From an uncultured bacterium (GTDB lineage: Bacteria > JAJVIF01 > JAPKYR01), in assembly GCA_965369865.1 (NCBI GenBank), contig CBDURU010000062.1, positions 1 to 20,448 on the forward strand: a DNA stretch of 20,448 nt, written 5' to 3'. Within the stretch, counting starts at the first letter, position 1; each line of letters starts with the position of its first letter. This document shows, in pieces, positions 8,459 through 17,000 of this stretch. Under the pieces are notes generated by a model that worked only from the letters and a program-made list of their open reading frames with translations, searched no databases and was not told where the DNA came from. Position numbers and translations under genes: made by a program.

Positions 8459-10023
8459 AGTTGCTCATGTTCCATCTGAATCTGTTTTCTTAATTTCCTG
8501 GCGGTAATAACCACCGCTCCTCCAAGCCCAAGGTAAAACCATGTGCTCGGCCAGAAGAAACTGTTGATCACGTGGAAATATAACATTTCGACAAGTACCA
8601 GGTAAAACATCATCCTCGCGATAAGCATGAGGGTTTCATATTCAGAGCTGTTTACGTCATTTTCAGCGAGTTTGATCGGTCGCTTGAAAATATTCCTTAA
8701 CGCTCGCAGACTTGAAAGTGCGACCCCGAGAAGTGCAATGAATCCGATAATTCCCATTTCAGAAAGGGTATTGACAAGAGTATTTGCCGACCACCCCTTC
8801 GGGTTGATATTACCATAAGCAGCAGAAATCAGGGTGTACGATCCCAGTCCCACACCAATGAACAGGTTTTCAAACCAGACCTGAACACCCACCTTGGCGG
8901 TTTCAATTCGGAGTATCAGACTCTCTCCCAGTACTAAATAAGTTGGATCGCCAAGGACAGCGAAATTGTATAGGCCTAAGAGCCTTCCAGTCATTTCCCT
9001 TACAATCGGAAAGCCGCTGACCGTTTCCATATACGTGATCAATACAACACCAATTCCAATAATAGTCAGGAAGGTTATACTGATTTTAAACTTTTGGGCT
9101 GCCCTTTCAAGGAGGAACATGATCAGGATCAATTGAGCGAAGATGTAATACGATCCCATCGACTGGCTGATAATAAGGGCTACAGCCTGAATGAACAATA
9201 AAGCGAAAAGTATCCACCTCCGCCCGAAATACCTGGAGTTATGCAACGTTGCGGTGAGTGTCAGCGTGAACATCGTTATAAGGTAATGTCCAAAATATGA
9301 TGGTTCCGAAAATATCGATGCAGCGCGGGCGAAATTCCTGAGAAGCCGTATGTTCTGAACCGGTCCTGAAAGCGACGGGTTTGTGGGGCTGATCGTGCCG
9401 AATGGCAGGCCAAGGAACCGGGCCAGAAGCTGGTACATGCCGTAAAGTGCGACAAGGACGCTGAGCAGGATCATCAGCTTGATAATAAAATTCAATTGGC
9501 GTGTTTCCAGCCTGATCTGAGTAATGGCAATAAACATGAGGACAAAGAAAATCAGTTGGACTTCAGATTTCCAGAACTCGATCCCGTGAATGTAAGGCTG
9601 CCCTGCGATGGCGATCGATGAAAGCAGGCTCGCGCCAAGTAATGCCAGAACCCAGGGTGTTGCGGGCACCACCCGTAATGGTTTCCCAAGAAGGAACTTC
9701 ATCGCAAAGTGAATAATCAGTATGGTACCGAACAGGTGCGCCCATTGTACCCCCACACCGCCCGATACGATCATCGCGAAATGTGCGAAGGGAATACTCA
9801 CTGCGAGTGCGGCAAGTATCAGGAAACTCATTCTTTTTTGCGGAATAAGGTAGATCAAGAGCGATGCGGCTACTGCCAGTACGGGAAGGAGTTTCACTAA
9901 TATATCGGCATCCTCGATACTGACAAATATAACCAGGATCGATACAAGCGACAGGAGACTGATTGCCAGCGTTGTTGGGTTCCAGAATCGGGTAAAAAGA
10001 TTATGACTGAAGCCTGTTGGCAT
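8455..10023 (-). CDS. O-antigen ligase/polymerase-like (Wzy_C/WaaL family) polytopic membrane protein
   Basis: Many TM segments, with RAASIFSEPSYFG, SLILRIE, FIGVGLGSY and LSEMGIIG. It has an ATGA overlap with the GT4 gene. Confidence 0.8.
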   Translation of the reverse strand: MPTGFSHNLFTRFWNPTTLAISLLSLVSILVIFVSIEDADILVKLLPVLAVAASLLIYLIPQKRMSFLILAALAVSIPFAHFAMIVSGGVGVQWAHLFGTILIIHFAMKFLLGKPLRVVPATPWVLALLGASLLSSIAIAGQPYIHGIEFWKSEVQLIFFVLMFIAITQIRLETRQLNFIIKLMILLSVLVALYGMYQLLARFLGLPFGTISPTNPSLSGPVQNIRLLRNFARAASIFSEPSYFGHYLITMFTLTLTATLHNSRYFGRRWILFALLFIQAVALIISQSMGSYYIFAQLILIMFLLERAAQKFKISITFLTIIGIGVVLITYMETVSGFPIVREMTGRLLGLYNFAVLGDPTYLVLGESLILRIETAKVGVQVWFENLFIGVGLGSYTLISAAYGNINPKGWSANTLVNTLSEMGIIGFIALLGVALSSLRALRNIFKRPIKLAENDVNSSEYETLMLIARMMFYLVLVEMLYFHVINSFFWPSTWFYLGLGGAVVITARKLRKQIQMEHEQL

Positions 10024-10143
10024 CTATTTTCTTATTTCGGCATCAATATTGATAAAAGCACTTGTACCAGGTATTAACCATTTTTGGCTACTCCGGATTG
10101 ATGTACAGGTTTCCGGATGATTATTATAAAAGTGAAAAATGAA

Positions 10144-10291
10144 AAGTGAAAAATGATAAAACCCGTAGAACAGCACGGCAGTGCGTCGAATGGCAGTGCG
10201 TCTTATTATTTTTCGGGATCATCGAAGACGCACTGCCGTGCTGTTCTACGGTTTGTCGTTTTTTCGATGGCTAAAATGATTAAATTTTCCT
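10144..10291 (-). mobile_element. REPIN-like element, copy 2 (short interior)
   Basis: REP at 10163-10187 and inverted REP at 10227-10253. 10224-10267 is the exact reverse complement of 20397-20440, and the AAGTGAAAAATG arm matches the reverse complement of 1923-1935. Confidence 0.8.
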
Positions 10292-10316
10292 GTATATACA
10301 AGATAATGGCTGATCC

Positions 10317-12959
10317 TTAATCGGCTTTGCTCCCACCACCTTCAGGAATTCCGGGTAGTGGAAGAAACAAGGTATCATTTTCAGCCCGGACCTTCGACGT
10401 TCTTGTTTTCAGTTCAACCCTGAGTTTCTGTTGTTCAAGAATACCGAGGATTTCGTTCGAGCGGTCTATAACGGAGACTGGAAGCCCGGCTAGTTTGGCA
10501 ACTTCAATGCCGTAACTGCGGCCCGCTTTTCCTTCGACCACCCGCCTGAGGAAAATAATATCTCCGCCGCGTTCCTGCAGGGTTATCCGCCAGTTTTTGC
10601 CGTGCGGCAGGTCGTCGGCAAGACGTGTCAGTTCATGATAATGTGTCGCGAAAAGCGTAATGGGTCGAAGGTCCGGACGGTTCGCGAGGTACTCGGCGAC
10701 CGACCACGCGATCGCAAGCCCGTCGAACGTACTCGTCCCGCGTCCGATTTCATCAAGGATCACTAACGATCTTGGCGTACAGGAATGCAGGATGTGCGCC
10801 GTCTCCAGCATCTCGACCATGAACGTCGATTGCCCGAGCGCGAGATCGTCGGTGGCTCCAACCCGTGAAAATAGCCTGTCGAAGACTCCAAGTTTTGCCT
10901 GATTGCACGGCACGAACGATCCTATCTGGTTCAGAAGTACAGTCAGGCCGATCTGACGCATATAGGTTGATTTACCAGCCATGTTGGGACCGGTGAGAAT
11001 ATTTAACTGGTTCTGACCGGCTGAGAGGTCGGCATCGTTCGGAATGAATGGCTCGGTCAGCGTTTGTTCGAGCACAGGATGGCGCGAGGCTTTAAGTTGA
11101 ATCTCGATGTCATCCGACAGCTCTGGACGTACCCAGCCCTGTTCGAGCGCAAACCGGGCGAATGACAGGATGACGTCAAGCATTGCGAGCGCCCTGGCGG
11201 TGCGGCCTATCGTTCCGGTTTCCGCCCTCACCCTCTCGACAACACTATCGAATAATTCTTCTTCGAGAGATTTAGCGCGCTCCTCGGCTCCAAGGACCCT
11301 GGTTTCAAGCTCTTTCAGTTCCTCGGTAATGTAGCGTTCGGAATTTGTAAGGGTCTGCTTGCGTATGTAATGCTCCGGTACGGAACCGACATTTAATTTT
11401 GTTACCTCGAGATAATAGCCGAAAACCCTGTTGAAACCGATTTTCAGGTTTTTTATTCCGGTTGCCGCGCGTTCAGATGCCTGAAGTGCAAGTATGCGAT
11501 CGCGCCCCCCGGTCATCAGGTCGCGAAGTTCATCAAGGTCGGCATTATAACCGGATCGAATATATCCGCCATTCTTACCTGAAAGCGTCCCATCAGGATC
11601 GAGTGCGGCTTCAAGTATTTCCGTGAGTTCGCGGTGGGTCCGGATTTCATTTGCGGTTTGAACCAGTAAAGGTGAAACGAACCTGTTCAGGGCTTCCTTA
11701 ACCGGCGGCAGATTCGCGAGTGATTTACCAAGCGCCAGGGCATCGATTGGTCTCGATTTCGACGCGATCAACCGTCTCGAAAGGCGGGCGATATCCCTCA
11801 CTCCTTTCAATGCGTCCGCGACATCTTCTCTCGCCAGTCCGCCGTTGTAAAATTCCCCGACCGCTTCATGACGTGCGGTGATTACTTCCGGGTCGAGAAG
11901 CGGGAACGCCATCAATTCGGAAAGGAGACGTCTGCCGCCCGGTGTCAATGTACGGTCGATCGCCCATAAAAGGCTTCCTTTTCGATCACCGGTACGTATT
12001 GTCCGGAAGATTTCCAGATTTTTAATCGTGGTCGGATCGATTACGAGGTGGCCTTCAGGATTGTAGGAAGTTATTCGATCCAGGCCGGTTAATGCCATCG
12101 GATTGGTTTCACCGACATATTCGAGGGCAAGCGCTGCCGCACGGATTTTTATCCCTGCTTCGCGACTGGCTACCTCCCCAGGGGTCAGGAAAGGGTAGGG
12201 GATATCCGTTCCGAGTTTCAAATGCGATCTTAAGCGCTCATCCAGGCGCCAGAAATCGTCCGGACTCTGCCTCCTCGATGCAATCGTGGCTCCAGGATGC
12301 TCTTTCCTCCACTGGTCCAGAACCTGGAAATTCCTGATGGAATCCTCTATTAACAGTTCCCTGACCGGAAATCGTTCACATTCCGTTAATCCCGCGGAAA
12401 CGGCATCCTTGAGAACATCGATGTCCTTATCATCCAGGGCCTCCGGTTCAATGCTTCCCCCGGTCACCACGAATGTTCCCTGCGAGATATCCACAACCGA
12501 AAGCCCCCAGAATCCCTCATGTCCGCCCGATGTTTCATCCACCACCAACGCGGCAAGCGCGTTGCCGCGGTCGGTTGTCAGTAATTCGTCCTCAAGCACC
12601 GTTCCGGGAGTTATAACCCTCGTCACTTCCCGCCGAACGATCCCTTTCGCCTGTTTCGCATCCTCCATCTGGTCGACAATGACAGCGGTATGCCCAAGAT
12701 CTATCAGCTTCTTGATGTAGGCCATGACCGAATGATGCGGCACTCCGGCCATAGGAATCGCATCCGGGCCTTTATCCCTCGATGTGAGGACAATATCAAG
12801 GACAGATGAGGCCTTGACCGCATCATCACCGAAAAGCTCGTAGAAATCCCCGAGACGCATGAAAACGAAGGCATCGGGATATTTTACCTTCACCTTCGAA
12901 TACTGGCGCATTACCGGGGTATCTCTTCCGGATGATTTTTTCTGCCCTTTCGGAGCCAT
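10317..12959 (-). CDS. mutS: DNA mismatch repair protein MutS (MutS1)
   Basis: TPVMRQY, RLGDFYELF (F-X-E), MAGVP, TGPNMAGKSTYMRQ, STFMVEM, DEIGRGTST, FATHYHELT and SYGIEVAKLAGLP motifs. Confidence 0.98.
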   Translation of the reverse strand: MAPKGQKKSSGRDTPVMRQYSKVKVKYPDAFVFMRLGDFYELFGDDAVKASSVLDIVLTSRDKGPDAIPMAGVPHHSVMAYIKKLIDLGHTAVIVDQMEDAKQAKGIVRREVTRVITPGTVLEDELLTTDRGNALAALVVDETSGGHEGFWGLSVVDISQGTFVVTGGSIEPEALDDKDIDVLKDAVSAGLTECERFPVRELLIEDSIRNFQVLDQWRKEHPGATIASRRQSPDDFWRLDERLRSHLKLGTDIPYPFLTPGEVASREAGIKIRAAALALEYVGETNPMALTGLDRITSYNPEGHLVIDPTTIKNLEIFRTIRTGDRKGSLLWAIDRTLTPGGRRLLSELMAFPLLDPEVITARHEAVGEFYNGGLAREDVADALKGVRDIARLSRRLIASKSRPIDALALGKSLANLPPVKEALNRFVSPLLVQTANEIRTHRELTEILEAALDPDGTLSGKNGGYIRSGYNADLDELRDLMTGGRDRILALQASERAATGIKNLKIGFNRVFGYYLEVTKLNVGSVPEHYIRKQTLTNSERYITEELKELETRVLGAEERAKSLEEELFDSVVERVRAETGTIGRTARALAMLDVILSFARFALEQGWVRPELSDDIEIQLKASRHPVLEQTLTEPFIPNDADLSAGQNQLNILTGPNMAGKSTYMRQIGLTVLLNQIGSFVPCNQAKLGVFDRLFSRVGATDDLALGQSTFMVEMLETAHILHSCTPRSLVILDEIGRGTSTFDGLAIAWSVAEYLANRPDLRPITLFATHYHELTRLADDLPHGKNWRITLQERGGDIIFLRRVVEGKAGRSYGIEVAKLAGLPVSVIDRSNEILGILEQQKLRVELKTRTSKVRAENDTLFLPLPGIPEGGGSKAD

Positions 12960-12969
12960 TCCGGGTGGG

Positions 12970-12978
12970 ATTATAGCA
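12970..12978 (-). promoter_or_regulatory. Extended -10 promoter element for mutS
   Basis: The minus strand reads TGCTATAAT, ending 10 nt before the ATG. Confidence 0.55.
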
Positions 12979-13208
12979 TGTCCCCATGCATGGTCAGGTC
13001 TGCCCTCATCCAGCCTGACGGTTGCCGTAAAATGAACCCTGGAAGCGGGTTGATTATCATATGTATTGATCGGTAATATGGGCGGATATTGGTTAATATT
13101 ATTATAAATAGTACGAAAATGTTACCAGGCATACTTTTGTGTAATGTAACTTTATGGTAGAATTATAATAGACGGTGAAAGAATAGATTCTGTTTGGTGT
13201 TGACAGAG

Positions 13209-13520
13209 ATGGTACGAAAGGTCAAGACAATAAAATTATGCGTGAATTGCAAGCACCTTATTGTGCTCGGTGAGGGCCAGGAAATCGAAGGTCTTGCGGA
13301 TACACAATACCTGGAAACCTCATGCGATGTTTTTAACACATCCGTCCGGGAACTCTACCAGTTCCCGTGCGAACAGGGTCCGCTGATCCTGGATAAGGAG
13401 AAATTCAGAAGCACCGATTGCCCGTTCTGGGAAGCCTGGGATCTCAGCCAGAAGGTGATCGTTGAAAAGGACAAGGCTGCCGAAGAGAAAATCGACAAAA
13501 CGAAAAGCAATTTAAAATAA
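13209..13520 (+). CDS. Small Cys-rich hypothetical protein
   Basis: ORF with CVNCKH...SC...PC...DCPFW. It is preceded by TGGTAGAAT/TATAAT (13155-13169) and followed by a terminator. ATG 13209 is preferred over TTG 13194. Confidence 0.7.
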   Translation: MVRKVKTIKLCVNCKHLIVLGEGQEIEGLADTQYLETSCDVFNTSVRELYQFPCEQGPLILDKEKFRSTDCPFWEAWDLSQKVIVEKDKAAEEKIDKTKSNLK

Positions 13521-13546
13521 ATATCAACCTGTAATTGATTACAGTT

Positions 13547-13578
13547 GGGACCTTCCAGGAGGAGGGTCCTTTTTTTTT
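13547..13578 (+). terminator. Rho-independent terminator
   Basis: GGGACCTTCC-agga-GGAGGGTCCT stem followed by a long T run. Confidence 0.88.
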
Positions 13579-13584
13579 ATATCT

Positions 13585-13861
13585 GTGCACTCCCTGACGG
13601 GGTTGTTGAAAAAGTACTAAATCCCGTAGCGCAGGACGCCGGCCTGCAGTACCGCGGACGGCCCGTCCGCATGGAGAGCGGTATCGGAAGTTTTGATCCC
13701 TTGTGATTTTTCAGTCTAATAACTTTTTCAACAACCCCTGACGGTCAGGCTACTGTTATGATGGCAGGGGTAATGTGTTAAGTGCACTCCCTTACGGTCG
13801 TGGCTCTGTTATGGTGGCTGGGGTAAGGTGTTAAGTGCACTCCCTTACGGTCGTGGCTCTG
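13585..13861. repeat. 53-nt tandem repeat with REP-like hairpin (copy 1 interrupted by a MITE, copy 3 partial)
   Basis: GTGCACTCCCT(G/T)ACGGTC... starts at 13585, 13782 and 13835. Removing the 140-bp insert plus the 4-bp duplication restores an exact 53-nt period. Confidence 0.9.
13599..13738. mobile_element. 140-bp MITE with 17-bp TIRs and 4-bp target duplication
   Basis: GGGGTTGTTGAAAAAGT (13599-13615) and ACTTTTTCAACAACCCC (13722-13738) form the TIRs. TGAC is repeated at 13595-13598 and 13739-13742. There is no transposase ORF. Confidence 0.88.
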
Positions 13862-13895
13862 AAAATGTGTCTATAAGATCATATTAATTCAGAAA

Positions 13896-13924
13896 TTGAT
13901 TAATTATTAAAAAATTGGTATCAT
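13896..13924 (+). promoter_or_regulatory. Sigma70-type promoter for the large lipoprotein gene
   Basis: TTGATT-N17-TATCAT with a TG extension, and an RBS GGAGG at 13995-13999. Confidence 0.6.
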
Positions 13925-14007
13925 ATTTCACATTATTTGCATTGTAATGGAGTGATTCGGGGGCATCTTAGGGAAAATATCGATTCGGTAATCTGGAGGC
14001 AAGGCTA

Positions 14008-17000
14008 ATGAGTTTTCCAGCGCATAATTTTTTAAACTACTCGGTAATTTTATGTGTCATGCTGATGCTGGTCGGTTGTTCATCGGGAAGTACCAATTCA
14101 GTTCCCACAATACCAGGACAGGATCAGCAGCAATCAGAATCCACGTCGGGTGATTCCACACCCGAACTCACGAGTGGAAATCCTGAACAGGAAGCTGATC
14201 GGACAGCATCGGGCCATATCGTCCTTGGTTATAACATGGTCTATGTGGACGCTTCAGATCCGGACGAGCCGGTTGCTGAAATGGTTCCGGTGCGGCTGGG
14301 TTCGCTGCATCTCAACATTCTAAAACTCCTGGAAGTAGGGCCCTGCACGAACTGTTTTAAAATCGTCGGCTTAAACTTTCCGGAACCGGGTGTGCTTGAT
14401 ATCGGGTTTGAGATCACTCACCCGTTCGCCGATCCGACATTCACGGTGTTCGATTGCCGCGGCATCATGATGTTTAACGGTGCTCACGATTTCCCTGAAC
14501 TTGGTTTGACAATGTCTGAATCGGCAATGGGCGATGGGGAGCTGATCAATGCCGAGGGATTCTCGTCGCTGTACAACGGAACGACTCTTGGTCTTGGTGG
14601 CGACCTGATGACGTATTTTCAGGGTAACCTTGCAACCGCCACGGTCCCGGACTCAATTGTGAACGGATATCTCAGGCACAATACTGATGATCCTTCAAAC
14701 ACAAGGAACGCTCTTTATGAAAGTGATGCTGTAACGAGAGTTTACAGCATCAGAATCCCGACCCCTGAATTCGTGTTCGGGTACGCGGTCGATGCAAACT
14801 GGGCGATGCCGATAAATCAGCCTGTAACCGATCCAATGACGGATTTCGGAGACGATGCTAACTGCCCGGAGCCATGGAAAATTGAAGTCACGGAGTATCC
14901 AATCGGCGAGGGATTAACGGATGTTGGAGGTTCTACTGCCCTGACAATCGATATCTCCGACTGGCTCGGAAAGGAAACTCACCATGAACCGGTTCTGGAA
15001 TGCCCTGAATTATTCCCGGGAACCATAACGGGATTGTGGATAGAGGATGGTCCGGGTTATAGCTCATGGCAGGCAACCCTGTCTAACCCAAACCTTGCCC
15101 CCGCAGGTGAATACATGTGCCTTATCAGGGTCGAGGATAATGAAAATGAAGGATCGCCCCCGTTTCTCGATCTGAGCGCATACCAGCTTGTTATGCTTGA
15201 GGTTACCGAGCACATAAACCAGCCGCCTGTCGCAGGGGCTTCAGCGGATAAAGCCGAAGTAGTCGTTGATGAGATTATAAATTTCCTGGATGAATCCACG
15301 GATCCTGACGGACCTGAAGATATAATCCAGTGGGAATGGGATTTTTCATATGTGGAAGGCGATGGGTTCCAGGTCGACAGCACCGACCAGAATCCAACTC
15401 ACTCATATCCCGATGAGGGTACTTATGAGGTAAATTTGAGGGTCACTGACACTGAAGATCAGTCTGCTTACCTTGTTGAACCGCTCCAGATACTTGTGGC
15501 CCCGCTCAACCTGCCCCCGGTAGCTGGAGGATTTGCTGACAAGACGGATGCGGTACCTGAAGAGCCGATTCAATTTACGGACGATTCCACAGATCCTGAC
15601 GGATTTGAAGATATTGTTACATTCGAATGGGATTTTTCTTATGAACCCCTGGAAGGATTCCAGATGGATTCCGAAGAGGAGGATCCAATCCATGCATATC
15701 AAATAGAAGGGATTTATACAGTTCAACACAGGGTTACCGACTCGGCTGGCCATAAGGACGCTCTCGATGGACCGATAATAATCGAAATCATCGCCGGTGA
15801 AAGCGATCCGGTGGCGTATGCGGATTTTTCCCCGCAAAACCAGACAATTTGTAATCCTGTTCAATTTGTCGATGATGGGTCCTTCGATCCGGATGGTGGT
15901 TTGATCACACAATATGAATGGGACTGGGATAACGATGGAACGTTCGACGGTCTGGGTGTTGAGACATTCCATACATGGACGGTTCCGGGTACGTTTTATG
16001 TCCAGTATCGGGTAACTGATGATGAGGGCGCGACGGACACTCTGGATGAACCCCTTGAGGTTGTAGTCGTAAATGCCCTCCCGACAGCGGATGCATACGC
16101 GACTAAATACACTGTGGCAATTGATGAAGAATTCTACATTGATGCAATTTTTTCTCATGACAATGATTGTGATAATTACGAAATAGTGCTTTACGAGTGG
16201 GACCTGTCATATGAACCACTGGAAGGATTTAATCAGGAACTAACAGGTGTTACCAAGCTGGTCAGTTATTCGGAGGCTGGAACGTTCAATATCATGCTTC
16301 GGGTAACGGATGACGAAGCTGGAACCGATCTGCTTGATGAACCTTTAATTATCGAGGTTAGTGATAAGACAGATCCGATAGCGATAGCCCAGGCAGATCC
16401 AATGTACTTCAATGTTTGTGTGCCTGTTGATTTCACCTCTAATGGATCGCACGATCCTGATGGCGGCGACATTGTCCTCTATGAGTGGGACTGGGATAAC
16501 GATGGTGAATTTGATGAAGAAGGCCCGGAAATCACTCGTGAATTTACTGATATGGGCGATCTTGAGGTCCAGTTAAGAGTTACTGATGATGAAGGAATGA
16601 CAGATATACTGGATACTCCATTGTCATTCTATGTAGGCAATGGGGGTGCTGAAGCGATTTCGAGTTGTGATAACCACTTCCCAATGGTTGGGGAGACAGT
16701 CAATTTCGATGGTTCCGCATCGTATGACACGGATTGTGGCGGCGAAGCTATAGTGCTCTACGAATGGGATTTCGACCATCAAATTGATTTTGAAGTCGAT
16801 GCAACGGGCATGTATGTGTCCCATGCATATGGGGAACCAGGCATTAAAAAAGCCCTTCTACGCGTGATGGATGATGAAGGGGAAAAATTCACCGCGCTCT
16901 TTCTGACAATTACGGTTGCAGCAGGACCGAGCGCGCCAACGGCGCTGGCTTTACCAAGCGGCATTTATATTGACGTTGGCGACTGGGTGAATTTCGAGGA

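Noticed and set aside
12992..13020. SRP (4.5S) RNA, suggested by GGTCAGGTC...CAGC
   Set aside because: The conserved CCGGAAGGAAGCAG core is absent.
13585..13861. CRISPR array (27-nt repeat plus 26-nt spacers)
   Set aside because: The spacers are near-identical to each other, there are only three units, and there are no cas genes. A tandem duplication explains it better.
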